Positions 38,439-52,306 are shown, counted from the first letter of the whole stretch. The stretch is DNA of 58,529 nucleotides, filler included, from Sphacelaria rigidula (GCA_964200075.2; 9 parts of 9 records of this genome joined end to end with filler, not necessarily neighbours in it), one strand, 5' to 3'. Translations and numbers: made by a program. Notes: generated by a model from the sequence alone, not told the origin.

Positions 38439-39276
38439 CTGCAGGTTGAGATTGAGATGTCGCTTCCTGTGACTCATCTTCTGCTCAAAGAAGAGGGAAG
38501 ATAGGCGGATATATATACAGAGAGAGAAAGAGAGAGAGAGGCAGTCAGGAAATGTGCCATGAGCGGAGGCGGAGAGGGAATGTTTCGAGAAATTTGTCGG
38601 AGGAAGGAGCCGCTCTGAGGCGCCGCGGAGTACGCCACACCGTATATACGTGCATCCACCTCGATGATCGGTGTTCGGCGACATTCTTTTGGACGATGAA
38701 GTGATGCCGACACAACCCCGCCCCAAAACGTGGTTGCTTTGACGAGGCAAAAGCTACATGCGAATCAAAATACTAAAGGCCGAGCACACCGAACTGCTGG
38801 AAACTCCCACGCTTGAGATCGTTTTTACCGATTACCGCTCACATGAAGCGCTTCAACCTGTATGAAACCAGGTTACCATGCGCTGCTCGGCGATTGTCTT
38901 CGTGACAGTTCTGAGGCTGGTTAGGGGCGGGGGGGGAGGGGGGGGGGGGGTTGCTCCTGATTTTACATGCCATAGTGATAAGACCATNNNNNNNNNNNNN
39001 NNNNNNNNNNNNNNNNNNNNNNNNNNNNNNNTTAATTAATTAANNNNNNNNNNNNNNNNNNNNNNNNNNNNNNNNNNNNNNNNNNNNTTTGTAGGGATGC
39101 GAGGTCAACGGTCATATGGCTATGGCAGGCATGATCATGAGTACAACCTCCAGGAAGAACATCGTGCTCTATCGGGGCGCTCACCACATGCCTCCCAGAC
39201 AATCGACGCAATGCCCCGAGTATTCATGCGCAACCTTCCGATTCACTCACTCTCCCGTCCTGTGACTCCTGGGCAG

Positions 39277-42200
39277 GCGGCAACTCGGTTCAACGTACCC
39301 TGTCAACAATCCAATGCGACTACGAGCAGATCGTCCACGCGTGGGCAGCGGACTACGGTAGAACCATCGCAGCCCCTCCACGCTCGGACGTGGCGCCTCG
39401 CATGGCGAATACCGAAGTGGGTGAAGCCGCCGGGCAGCGCCGTACCTCTTACCCCCTCCCCCTCGGCTGTCTCGGCTTGGAGCTCGGCCGTCCTCCGGTC
39501 CTTGTCAGTGCAATCGATACCCGGGGGCCCGGTGGTGGGCCCGTCGTACGCGTCGGCAACGATCGGTATTCGGCGAGTGACACTCGCGCTGTTGACAGAC
39601 GGCTCTCCATCGGCGGCCTCTCCGAACGGCTTGGGGGGTTCTCTGCAGGCGGAAGAGATCGTTCGCGTGATCGTTGACGACATAAACACATTCGCCGAAA
39701 CCGGGCCGAGCAGCACCGACGACGGTAGAGCAGTTCTTGACCCGGCGGTGGCTGTGAGGGGAAGCGCCGAGGTAGCCGTCGAAGTGCAAGACTTCTCGAA
39801 CTTCCTCCGTCTCCCGCTCGTGTCGCACGCGCTCGTGACGTGGAACGTCGCAATGTGCGGCGGCGGCGGCGGCGGAGGTCGTGGCGTCCATGGCGGCGCT
39901 GGAGTGGAGGAGGTGCTATTGTCAACCTTTAGGCCCGTCACATCCGCGGCTGTGGAAATGCAAGATGCGGTTATCAGCGTGTCTGCGACGGCGATGCAGT
40001 GTGTCGACCGCTGTCTAGGTGAGCTGTCGCTCAAGCCCCCCATCGGCGATGACGGGCTTTCTTCAACCGTTAGTGCATCTGCGAACCACGAGTCAAAAGG
40101 CGACGGGTCTCTTCCCTCGGCGGTGTCATCGCTCCCACCACTACAACGACAACGGAGAAAGGGCTACATTGTGACAAATAGTACGGACAGGTCCTTGTGG
40201 TTTGGGCAAGTGTCCACCACAGAGACTGTAGTCCTTAGCCCCGGTGTCAGCACTTCGTATCGGTGGAGAACGATCCCAGCTCCGGTTGCGGCTACCGCTG
40301 GAGGCAACGAGACGGCAGAGGCTTCCCGGCTGGAACTCATGCTCCGCCTCGCGCTGCATCGCGATGGTCGCAGAGGAGGCGGCGCTGGCGCCATGACCGG
40401 GAGCTTCGGGGCTTGGACAGAACCGTTTCCAGCAGATCGTCCTGGCACGTACATGGTGGGTAATCTCATTTTTGTCGACCTACTGGAAAGCCTTTTCGTT
40501 GCCGCTCCGGATGACAAACGCATCGCCCCTGCCGGAAGATGTGTTGCTCATCACGCATGCGAGTGTCGAACAAGGCGGTGAACAGCGGATTCCGCCCGAT
40601 ACGACTGAAAAATTGTCGATGCACACTTGTTGCTTGGCAGTTGAGTAGTATGCAGTGAAGAATATTGATTCCCTAATCCACCGTGTCAATCCTGTTTCCG
40701 TGTGGGGTCTATACATCCTTATCGCAGCGCCTGTTGCGAAATGCAGGAGCAGAGGGGTCACAAGCTGCCGCTGAACACGCTGGTACTGGGGGTGATGCGA
40801 TGGCGGTCCCCTTGTGGGTAATGGTCTCCAAGGAAGGCTTACAAACACGGATAGAACTGCGCGGGGAATGGGTATTCACCAATCATCTTCCGCAGGAGGT
40901 TCAGGTGAGACTCCAAGCCAGGCCATGAGCTCAGCAGGAATACATTTACCGCAATCACCATGGCGGAATATGCACAGTATGTCGGGGCGTCTGGTGGTCG
41001 TATTGCAAGAATAGGCATGCTCCTGAACCGCTCACACCATTTGAACACGAAACGTTTTGTCCCTCGACTGTAGTACTCACATCGTTAGCGCCCCGACCCT
41101 ACGGATCGACCCATGAAGATATTTCCAACGTTGGATCTTGGTGGAGCCAACTCAGTGCTGTTGCACCCGAGGTCAACTGCGTCGCCTTGCAATTTTCCCC
41201 GACGTTTTACTCAATAATCAAAACAAGGTGACGTGGGCGACGGTAGAGGGGGGAGGCAGAAGCAACGACCGGACGCTAGTCGAGCCGCCGGGGACCCGCG
41301 GCGACCTCATTCTCGCTGCGTGCAGCATAGACCAAGCTTCTGCCCTCGAGGCCACCGGTTCCGATCCGGTTCAAGACGAGTGCGTACCTCGCCCTGAGTC
41401 TCTTTCCGCTCTCACTAGTTGCGCGCCTGTTGCGATTCCGGGCGCGTCGGAGGAATGGCGTGGGAGACTGTCAGAGCTTAGGCTAGAATTTCGTCTGGCG
41501 GGGACGGACGGCAGCGCGGTTGTGGGATCTGTGGGTCCGCCGCCGATAACAGCAATAAGTGCAGCCCTTTGCCGTTTGCCAGTCGCACAGGCGGGTGGCG
41601 ATGGTCGGGACGGGAATAGGGCAGGTGGTGGGGAGGGGCGTGGTGGTGATACTCCGGGCGGAGGAGAGGAGGACGGAGTGGAGATGTCGTGGGCTGCGAC
41701 ACGGCAGTCAGATTGGGTTGAGGCACGACCGGGGATATATTTGTCGCTCATATCTTGCGCCAGCCCTAATCTGATGAGCTCTGGGATTTGGTTTTGGTGC
41801 GTCGCGTCGAGGCAGGCTACGCCCCTCCGCGACTGTGCTGATTGCGTCTCTGCCGTGGGCGAACACCGTTGCCATCTGGGGCAGATGACCATTGACCTTC
41901 GCCCGATGGCCATGCTTCGGAACCGCTGCTCGCTGCCGCTAAGGGTCATGATGGAGAGCGCAGAACGTGAATACGGTGACGCCAGTCGCGCGCAAGTCGA
42001 ACATCCGCAGCCTTTGATTACAGGCAAAATTGAAGATGATACTAGGGCGACGCATTCGGTCAGTAGCCTATATTCGTTCTGCCGTGTGGGGTTAGGTTTG
42101 ACCCTTGCGCCAGGCAGGCGAACGGCCGTTTGCCAGCAGCCCTTCGTGGACTATCGACTAACCTTCGCAGGGACTAGAGCGCAGGTAGGCGCCGCCGCCC

Positions 42201-44700
42201 CTCCAGATTCAGGAGGTAAGGACTCTTCTCGGCCTTTCGTGATTTCCGTTCCGTCGGAGCTTTTTTACCGGAGCTGTGAGGCGCGATGGCTTCCACTCCA
42301 CGAGCGGGCGCTGAGGGAGAACGTCTTGAGCCCTCTGGTGGTCGTCGCATCGCGACCGTTCGACTCCCACTGGCCGTCGCTCACCCTCCACGTTTACCCA
42401 GGACTTAGCATCAAGAACAACTTGCCCATGCCGCTGTCAGTTTTCTCGGCCTTCCACCACCCAGTGGATACGGAAACGGAAGTGCCAGGCGCTGGTAGTA
42501 CAACTGAAGGCCTGTGCGATGCCCAGCACGACAGAAGACCGTCAAATGGCCGAGTGACAACAGCAGCAACGGCCGAGGGTCAGGACGATGATCCCGACAT
42601 TCCATTGCTCCGCCGCAGCGCTGCGGACAGGGAGAAGCGACCGTCTTCGGCCGACGGCCGCCGGGGAAGCCGCGATGGCCGCCGCAGCGACAGTTGTGTC
42701 AGTGAGACCCCTTCGTCCAAGCGCTTTTGTCGGATATTCCACGCGCCGGCAGAGAGTCTTCACAGTGCTTGGGATATTCACGACATCTCAGGAGACCCTG
42801 TTCCGTGCGTTCTCCCCGCCGTACACTTCGAGTTCAGCTTGTGCACGGCGGACGCGAAGAGCGCGGCGTCTCCTGCCGTGAACGAGCCCAAAACTGCCGC
42901 CACGCATGACCCTTCAGGGCAGAGGCAAAGATCACCTCGAGTGGTTGTTAACCTGGACAGCGACGTGGACTCGTTGAACAAACTCGTCCTCGTGCCATGG
43001 ACACAGGCGCCGCCAGGTAGCAATGACGGCGGGGACGATGGCAGTGGCCAGCCCCAAGCTCTCTCTCTTGACGAGAATGTGGTCCTTCCGGTCATCGTAA
43101 CGCTCGGGAAAGAAACAGTTGCCGGTGGAGTGGACCTACTTCGGCTGGAGATCCATCCGCGGGTGGTTGTGCACAATGCCACCAATCTTCCGGTTTCCCT
43201 CTCCTTGGTTGGCGCACACTCCGACTCTTGTCCTTTGTGGCGCACTCAGCTCTCCGCTGATGGACACGGGAGTAGCATGGCCGTGCCGGCGCTACCTGGA
43301 AAGCGAGGATACTACCCTCGTAAGGCAGATGTCATGGACAACCCTAGCTCCTCCAGAAGAGATACCGACGACGCTTTCGGTGCGGCAAGAGATGTGGGCG
43401 CTGACGACGCTTCTGCGCGTAACGCTGCGAGGTCGGGCGGTCGACTGCGATTCGGCCTTTCCTGGCTCATGAAAAGCGCGTACAAGGCAGCGCCCGCGAA
43501 GCCCACAGGCTTCTGGGCAGATCTTGGGGTGGCATTTGGGAGAGAAGATACGGATGACGAAGCAGCGGGTAGCGGCGATAAGCGGTCGATTGTATCGTTG
43601 GCTGAGCTAGAGAGCGGCGCTCCGCTTCACTGCGAACCTCCGTCGATCACCGTAGCGGCGGACGAGGGGCGGCGTGCGGCGCGCGTTTGCGTTGCCGTTG
43701 GGATAGATCCTCGCGATCACGATTCATCGAAGATGCCGTCCTCAGCGCCCTCTCGCCATGTGGTCTTGTTTCAGGACCCCCAGCCGGTCCTTACGGTGTG
43801 CAACAGGGCTGCGGGCCCCGTGACAATCATGTTTGATTGCGGTGCCACGGTGGAAGTGTGCCCGGGCAAAACGGCAGAGCACTCATGGTCTGAGCTCACT
43901 AGTGGGCGGGATCGCAAGAGCAGTGGCGGAGTCGGCGGAGGTGGCATAGCCGCCGCCACAGCGAGCGCCGCTGGTTTCGCGGCACAGCCGTCGCCCCGGC
44001 GGCCACCTGCGTCCCCGCTCCTTCAAGGACGTGGTCGGATATTTTCAGAGACCCACTCCCATCATGAGAGCGAGTCGTCTTTCCTAGTGTCGCCGACATC
44101 TTCCACTCCGCCATCGCCGTGCTCAAGTAATCAACGGAGAGGAAGTGGCGGGAGGCGGCCAAGCGCCGGTGGTGGCTCCGCTGCCACTAGCAGTAGTGCC
44201 GGAGGCAGCGGCAAGAAGCGCACTGCCGGGAAAATTTTCGGCGGCAGCGGGAACCCGGCCAGCTTACAACACTGGTTTCGATGCAAAGGGGCAAGCGAAG
44301 ACGACGAGTCGGTGTCGTGGTCAAACCCGCTATGGGTTGCACGCGGCGTACAGGTAATCCGGTTCGACAGGCGAGGTGGCGGCGGAGGGTGGCATTTCAG
44401 AGAGAGCTACGGCGGCGGCAGCGGCGGCGGCGGAGGGGCTGACTCCGTCAGGCGGGAGGTGCCTGATTGGGATGGCTTCGGCAGTACCGTTGACAATGGA
44501 TTGTTTGGAGCCGGACCCGACGCGCGAGAGGTGCAGGTGCACGTGATGGAGCGTGCGGGTGGGTTTATCATGTCCTTCGCAGAGGGTGGGTTCGAAGGTA
44601 TTGAATCATGCGTGGCGGCGGTGGCAACGGCTGCAGCGGCGGCGGCCGACGGCGGAGCTAGCGAGGGAGCGAAGAGCAGGGCAATCGCAGAAACAAGGAG
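39277..44700 (+). CDS. VPS13B: VPS13B-like lipid-transfer protein, internal part (VAB/SHR-BD repeat region). Exons 39277-40455, 40728-40904, 41228-44700
   Basis: YIVTNSTDRSLWFGQVSTTETVVL...YRW...WTEPFPADRPGTYM/RLL...RIELRGEWVFTNHLPQEVQV resembles VPS13B (LRFGQVDTDENILL...WSEPFSVDHAGTFIR). Recurrent P....N..P..L motifs (PMAMLRNRCSLPL, PGLSIKNNLPMPL, PRVVVHNATNLPV) and FQDPQP are present. Splice sites are in phase. Confidence 0.82.
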
Positions 44701-45446
44701 GTATTTTTGCTGTTGTGAACTGCCACGCGACTTGTTTTTCAGAGCGCAGATTGTTTTACAGAATAGGATTTATTCAGGGCTTTACGTGAAAGCGCTGATT
44801 GAGATCAAAAGGTGAAGACATGAGTGTGAGGAAGGCGCAGGATGGGCAAGATGACAGGGCTCGTGCCGTGATTGGGTATTTGTGTGCCTCCGTGGAAAAG
44901 GGGCTGAGACATTTACGTAGAACGGCGGTTACCAGTATTCCGTGCTCAGGCCGCAGGCCGTCGTGAGGCGTCAGCTGAATCAGCCGGCCGCACAATGTGC
45001 GACAACCAATCGAATCAATCAAATGACGGGGTCGTGCTCTACGATAGACGATAGACCTCACCATCAAGTTTACTGTAGGGCGGGCGGGAGGGCAATTCAC
45101 TCGCTGCAGGGTTTGCGTTGATCCACAGCGTTGATGCAGCGTCCGAACGTCGTTCATCGAACTGTTTGCCAAAACCAACCATCTGCCTGGTATGAGAATC
45201 CTCTTCGGCTGACTTGCGGCAAAAACTGTGTCATGTGAAATCAATCACACTGCGAACACTTGTCATTCTTTGCTGGCCCCACTTTCGCACCTAACAAAAT
45301 TATCGACATCACTCTATACGTGACACCGATGGCAAAACCCCTAGAACACGAGGATATTCTCGCCCTGTCTGTCTTGGACCGAGCAGGGATAAATTCCACG
45401 CTGCTGCGAAAATCACCCACGCTCTGTTTTTTTTAAATAATACCCC

Positions 45447-45490
<44 letters not shown>

Positions 45491-45601
45491 CCCCCGCGTC
45501 GNNNNNNNNNNNNNNNNNNNNNNNNNNNNNNNNNNNNNNNNNNNNTTAATTAATTAANNNNNNNNNNNNNNNNNNNNNNNNNNNNNNNNNNNNNNNNNNN
45601 N

Positions 45602-46330
45602 CATACCACGGTATGGGATACCCCGGTAAATACCGGGGGTACGCTCGGCACGGTACGTTACCTACGGTGCCTGTGAAAACTTCGACTACCCAACTTGTAA
45701 CCAGATCTGAAACGCTTCGCACTGCCAAATGGCAGTTTTGAATCCGGTGTAGAGGGTAAGGCAGGTACCCGGTACCGGTATTCGGGACATCTCATACCCT
45801 ACCGATACCGACCCAGTCCGGTATTTTCGAAACTCATATCTACGACACCTGCGATACCACGGTATTTCGAGATTTTGAGATTTCAATACCTACCGTACCT
45901 GCCAAATCCGGTATTTTCGAATGTCATACCTACGATACCGACGATATCTCTGAGACTCCAATACGTACCGCACCCGCACAATATCCGGTATTTTCAAATG
46001 TCATCCCTACGATACCTACGATACCAGGATATTTCGAGATCCCAATACCTACCGTACCCGCCCAATCGGGTATTTTCAAATGTCACACCTACGATACCTA
46101 CGATACCACGGTATTTCGAGATACCAATACCTACCGTACCCGCCCAATCCGGTATTTTCGAAACTCATACCTACGGTACCTACGATACCACGGTATTTCG
46201 AGGTTTCGATACCTACCATACCCGCCCAATCCGGTATTTTCAACACGCATACCTACGCATACCACGGTATGGGATACCCCGGTAAATACCGGGGGTACCC
46301 TCGGTACGGTTCGTTACCTACGGTGCGTGT
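45602..46330 (+). mobile_element. Helentron/HINE (DINE-1)-like non-autonomous element with internal ~77-bp tandem repeats; 3' end of one copy (45602-45675) directly followed by a full copy (~45679-46330)
   Basis: The internal unit ATACCTACCGTACCCGCCCAATCCGGTATTTTCGAAACTCATACCTACGATACCTACGATACCACGGTATTTCGAG is repeated about 6 times. There is a 3' hairpin CCCCGGTAAATACCGGGG and a subterminal inverted similarity (GGGACATCTCATACC vs GGTATGGGATACCCC). The same element occurs at 55662-58410. The superfamily call is an inference. Confidence 0.7.
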
Positions 46331-46484
46331 GGATTCTTTGTGTCAAATTGTTGTTCTCCGTGCGACACTAATTATAATTTTGAGTTGAACCCTTCTAGGA
46401 ACACAAATGCGATGGACGTATAAGATCAGCGAAAAAAAATCGACTGGCTATTTTTTTCGATAAAAAAGGTGCCAAGACACGCCC

Positions 46485-46810
46485 TAACCTCGAAACCTTG
46501 TGACAGTTGGGTTGTGGGGTTCGAATCTCGGTGCGATCTGGGATTTTTCTCACACAATGCCGAACAATGGCGAGCGACCATTTTATGTCTTGGGTACACA
46601 AAATTCGACTTCATGGTCGACGAGGAAAAGGGACTGCGGAATCCCTCTCGGGATAAAAAAAAGGCGAGCACCCCTGAAGAAAGGTGGAGAACTAAACCGA
46701 ACGAAGAAGAAAAAACTCCTGTGTTGACCTTTCTCCTGTGTGACCCCGTCTGGTACGCCCACATATACCGAAAGGTGTAGACCGGCGTCCAGAATAGACG
46801 GGACAACACA
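46485..46810 (+). mobile_element. tRNA-derived SINE (copy 2, A box lost)
   Basis: B box GGTTCGAATC; colinear with the reverse complement of 12160-12495; ends in GAATAGACGGGACAACAC. Confidence 0.85.
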
Positions 46811-47108
46811 TAATACACACATATAAAAGTGCATTTCTACTGGTACTGTTGTGCTCAAGATCGATAGACACAGACAACCAAAATGAGGATGGGAGGGGGG
46901 GCGGTCGTACTCATTTATTGCTTATTGCCTTAGTCGTTTGACCATTGACCACGCATCCCTTTCGAGAAGGAGCACCGTTCCTATTCCTAACAGAAACACC
47001 TTCAACGTTCCGGCGCTCATCACGTTCCTTGCATACATTACACGAAATCCGTTTACATATCTTATCCCCGTCCTGTTTCGCCGTCCGTGGCCATCATCTA
47101 TCTCCAAA

Positions 47109-48100
47109 TACAGGCTGGTTCATGCTTATCACCCAAAATTGTGTCATCAGCAAATGCCTTTCGCAATACCTACCCAATAGTCGCATACACGATATCATAC
47201 TGACCGCCATGAACAGCTGAAGAGCGTGACATAGCCGGATTGGTGTAAGGCTATGGCGGTAGCGCCAAGGGCGAAAAGGAATATCGACCAATCAGCGCCC
47301 GTCGAATTGTTCCGAGATCGAAATTACGAAATCCAAGCCCAATTTTCACCCAATCTCCACATGGTTCAAATCGTAGTAACCGTCATCGGCTCGTGAATCT
47401 AACGAAAAAATCATATTTGAGAACGGATACTACGGGGTCGAATTATACCCGAAACCGTGATGTTTCGGTGATGTCGGGCGTCGGCGTCGTCTAATTTCCA
47501 CTAATGATACGCACGAAAGACCCAGGAAGCCTCATGACGGTGTACCCTATATCTGTTGTAGAAAAGCTCAGGTCGCCCTCAAACTTGGCTGTTCCGTAGG
47601 TATTGATGCTCCAAATGGAAAAATTTTGTTCTTGATAATATTTTATGGTTTCCCCGTTCTCTACCGGCTTCCGAGGATCCCAGTATAAAGACCCCCGAAT
47701 GGCGGTGCAGAATGCCCTAGAAAAATAATAATACAGTAATGCGTCCTGGGATAGTCCAGGGAACACCTGTACAAAGTTTGGTGGAGAAACTCGAAAACCT
47801 CATACAGTTTGTTCTTGCCTTGACGTGAAATTCACCCCAATATACGTTTCGATACCAAAACGAAGTATTTAGGAGTTGCACGTTTCAAGCCAACGTCCTC
47901 CACAAACGCGCAAACCTTCACGCCGTTATTAGAAGTTAGATCCTGAAACTTTGCACAAAAATCCTATTTATCATCACGAAACTTACTATGGGCGATGTTT
48001 TTTACCTCTGAGTTTTTCAACGCTTTTCGGGGATCCGACGGAATCTAAGTCGATTTTCGAAGTAGTCTCCATTCTGGGACCCCGGAAAACCGGCACTACG
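47109..48100 (+). mobile_element. Second copy of the TA|CAGGCTGG DNA element, abutting a family B LINE fragment
   Basis: Reverse-complement homology to 21090-22091; it begins exactly where the LINE homology stops. Confidence 0.7.
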
Positions 48101-49424
48101 ATATTTTTTTTCCATTTTTTCGCGAGCGACCTGTCCCCGCATAACCCGAGGAAGGGTCCCACAAACGTTTGTCGCAAAACTCAATCACCTGATGCTTGAA
48201 TTTTCATGTTCAGTCAAAGAAGGCCCCAAAATGGCGTTTTCTCACGAAAATCAAGAAGTTCGCGGTTTCACCGCGGCACGTCAAAGTTCATCGCACAAGA
48301 GCGAAAAACCTCACGACGTTTCAAGGAGTTGGACCCTGAAATTTTGCACAACTGTGCTATGGATCATTACACAACTTTGGATATACGAGGTTTTTCGAGT
48401 TTTTTCTTCTTTACGTACCGTTTTGCGGGGTCCGATTGGATTGTTGTTTCCCGGAAAAAACTGGAACCCCCGAAAAACGGTGAAAAAAGTTGAAAAGTTG
48501 AAAAGCTTACCACCCATATAATTAGCTAGGTATTGACTCCATTTGCTCGTTTTATGCTTTTTTTTTCGCTTTTCGGCGCTTTTTCAGCGCCTTTTTTCTC
48601 TTCTCTGCGCTCCCCTTCCCTCCTTCTGCCCTATTTGTTTTTTCGGCCCCTCAAGTCGTTTTTCTAACGTAAATTCATTTCGGTCCCTCATGCTGAAGCA
48701 TACGACAGACCCTACCACAATTTCTTTCGCGTATCTCATGTGTCGCATGTATTTCTTTGGCGACAACTTTTTGCATGTGTCGCAAGTCATGTACCCGGTA
48801 CAAAATGCCACATGATCCATGGAGATAAATGTGTATACCTCAAGTATCAGTCACGCCGTGCTGTGGAATTCGCCATGACCTAGCTCCGCATACTGAAGAA
48901 ACGGTTTCCTCCCACGACATGAATACACTTCGAAAAACCACAACAAATAGATAGCGACAGATCGCCCGAACTAAATGACTGAGCTTCTCGATAGTTGGAA
49001 AGCCAACTTCGCGACCCTCACCGCCGGTACCTCGAGAAAAAATACACCGACGTGCTTCCTTCAGCCGTTATTCTTGTTTCTATCCTCCCTCCTTAATCTT
49101 CAAACTCCTCCTCCTCCTCCTCCTCCTCTCCTCCTCCTGCATCTCCCTGCCCCCCGCCCCCCGCCCCCCGCCCCAGACCCTCCCTCGAACCCTCCATATG
49201 TGTGTAGTGTGTATTGTAGTGTGCGCGTGTGTGCGGACTGCTGTATATTATATGTTGCTGCTGTGCAGCTGCAGAAGAGATGAAAAGGTCCGAGAGTCCG
49301 CGACGCAGCGACGAACGCACGCACTGGGGTTCCGCACACAGAATAACCCCTCAGCGGTTTAAGAATATATCCTGCCGAAAAGGAGGGTATTGGATAGGAA
49401 GAAGAACGTGCGCGGAAGGAGGCG

Positions 49425-49630
49425 GGGCCCTACACGTTATCACACGTAGCACGTGTCACGTCATAAGTTAAGATGGGCCAGTAATACGGTGCGGGACCAC
49501 ACTGGGAGCCCTGATTTGACTTGACTTTTGAACGGGGTTACCCACGTGGTACCTATCCCCCACCGTGGTACCAGCCTGGCTTAACTTTTGACGTGAAACG
49601 TGAAAAGTGGACGTGTAGCGTGTAGGGCCC
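49425..49630. mobile_element. ~206-bp MITE, PIF/Harbinger (Tourist)-like
   Basis: Imperfect TIRs GGGCCCTACACG(T/C)TA...CACGT(G/T)TCACGTCA(T/A)AAGTTAAG at both ends. TAA is present on the right flank only. Confidence 0.7.
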
Positions 49631-52306
49631 TAATAGGAGGGGTTCTGTCTGTCTGTATGCAGGTCTTCCGTCCGGGGAAATCGCAAGTCTACGCTGTCCT
49701 ATTGGATATCTGCGCCAGGCAATCCCAATTATGCTGTATCCTTTCTAGAATCTGCTGTATTTGCTGAAGATCTGCGACATATTTTGGTTTTCCTGCTGTT
49801 TTTTCACGGCCGTTTTTCTGCGCAAAAAAACGGTAATCTGCTTCTTCTGCAGCCGCAGCAGGAGTCAAGGCCTAAATATAGCTCAACAGTTCAATGTGCA
49901 AGGTATTAACCACTCCACATGTATGTATATATATATATTTCGCACAGAGTGTACCGTAACGTTACCAACCCCTTCTCTCCCTTTGAGGATCGGCGTAGGT
50001 TGGCGAAGACTCTGTAAAACACGTCAGTTACTGCGTAAGCTGGGCGACCAGGTTGTCGTTTTTTTTGTCATCGCTTGCATATTTTTTTTTCTTTAGATAA
50101 CCATCATGATGGTCGAGCTACATCATATTGTGCGGGATGGAGAATCCGAACTCGACGCAAAGAGGATGATCGTACTACGTGGTGCTTATATGTTGAGACA
50201 CCCACGAGGCGGTGTGTAGGTCGTGGTTGTCTCTGGAAGTGGCGATACCATAAAATGAAGCAATTCATTGAAGGCTACCATCCATATGCAAGATAATCAG
50301 TACGCTTCGGGCCGAACAATCTTAGCAGGATAAGGCTCACCCTTCATGCGACTCGCCGAACAAACACATTACGGCGCTTGGTGATTGATCGCGAGCCGGG
50401 TCCGGCGAAAACCCGGTGTGCTCCGTCCTGGATGTGTGTGGGTGGGAGGTCAATGGTCTTACAGCTACGGCATGCATGATCATGAGGACACCCCTTCCCC
50501 ACGTAGCTTTCATTTGACCCATGGATCTTTCCTCTACGCTCGTACTTGGACGCATGGTGAAGCTGGGGACGAATAAAAGAGAGGAGGGAAGAGAAATCAG
50601 CCATGTCACAAAAACCAAAACACGTGTAGATAAGCCCAGCGGAGGCAACAAGCGAAGGAGGAGGGTCGACCGGGGGGGGGGGGGGTACTCAATTTTTGGT
50701 TACCCTTGTCGTCTGACAATTCGAGACGATGTAGAAGTGAGGGGTGAGGTGGGGGACAAAAAACACTGCTTATAATACGGTGCAGTCGGCGACGAGTGGG
50801 GTACGCCCATTCTGCTGAATGCTCTGAGGTGTGTTTTCCACTTGGTCGATGAAGAAATTTCTCGAAAACGAGCAATGCTACGGTAGGGATTGCATTTTTT
50901 GAGCGAAAACGTTTCTCGGGGCTGCTCGGCGTGTTGGATCGGTCGTTTTGGGAATCGGCGTCATTTTTACTTGAAAAACATTGAAAATGGTACTTATTCT
51001 CGAAAAGGTCCCAGCATGCAAACACCACGTTTCTGGGAGTCCTGTCCCCGGAGATTTGGGTCGCACAGTAAGCCCCATATGTTCGGGCTCTTACGAAAAA
51101 GAAACCGAGAAACAAAAAGTGCAGCCCCTATCATAGGAGGCGACCTGAAGAAATGTACGTAAACAATGGTTGGTACTATGGAGATGCTGCCAATTCTAAC
51201 GCTAACCCCAACCCTAACTCCGACCAAGGCATGCCGAGAACCCTCGGGCGAGGGGGTGCAGAGGGTTCCCTCGGCAAAGTGGGCGTTGCCAGAGCTCGAA
51301 TCGACGCCTTTTAGCTGATTCTGGACCAAAACACGTTCTGGATGAGCTGGGTCTACTGCTCACCACTGCTCACCTGCCCCAGACCATGCATTTTCTCATA
51401 ACTTTCTTGAGTCTGAAATCAAGTAAAATCGAGTACCAACCATTATTTACGTACATTTCCCTAGGTCTACTATACCGTAGCATCGCTCAAACATGAATAT
51501 TTTTAAACAACGCTAACCCTAACCCTAATCTGGGAGTACGAAAGACAGGACAAGCGCACTGGAATCCTCCTGAAAAATAAAGCAAATCTTTCCGAGGAGG
51601 CCAAATCCGCCAAGGCCCTTATTCCGCCATTAATCCGTGATGAAAGGTTCAAAAGGGAAGTTCTCAGAGATATATATTTTTCGGTCTCCAAGAAGCGCCT
51701 TCATTAACCCCAACCCAAGGCATACCGACAAGTGGGCGAAGTGTGACGTTGGCAGATCTCAAAACTGCGCCGCAGGCGCCATTTTTGACGAGAACGCCTT
51801 CTGCGCACGCCAGGGGCAGTTGGGGGTCAGCCCCGCTGAAGATCTGAATATCGGTGTTCACACTTGTTGTTGTCTTCACATTATACTCAAATCAAGTAAT
51901 AAAATTCTTGGAAGGTTACACGGTTAGGACGAATCATCACGACTCAAAAGCACCAAATTCACGATTTCTTCGGCCTGATTGACGAAAAAAGAGAAAAAAG
52001 TTGATCGCTGGCCCANNNNNNNNNNNNNNNNNNNNNNNNNNNNNNNNNNNNNNNNNNNNTTAATTAATTAANNNNNNNNNNNNNNNNNNNNNNNNNNNNN
52101 NNNNNNNNNNNNNNNCGCTGTTGAAGCTAACAGTGCCCAACCCTCTTCCCACGATGACCTCCTGTCTGAGCTCGAGAGAATTGAAACACCACAGCTTTCC
52201 CAGTTTCTCGAATAACTGCGGAACATGACTTCAACTAGTAGAACGTACACCTCACCGTGATAAAAGCTTCCATATTATCGAAAAGGAATAACACTGTACT
52301 GTATTA

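Noticed and set aside
39303..44542. Antisense and alternate-frame ORFs over the VPS13B exons (likewise over PRMT9)
   Set aside because: These are shadow ORFs of GC-rich coding sequence.
45800..46260. Repeat-protein ORFs (RFQYLPYLPNPVFSN...) or a CRISPR array
   Set aside because: These are translations of an internal minisatellite with frame-breaking indels.
6416..52115. TTAATTAATTAA motif recurring every ~6.5 kb, and apparent clustering of the genes
   Set aside because: This is an artificial linker inside N-runs. The contigs are unrelated, so neither the periodicity nor gene adjacency is biological.
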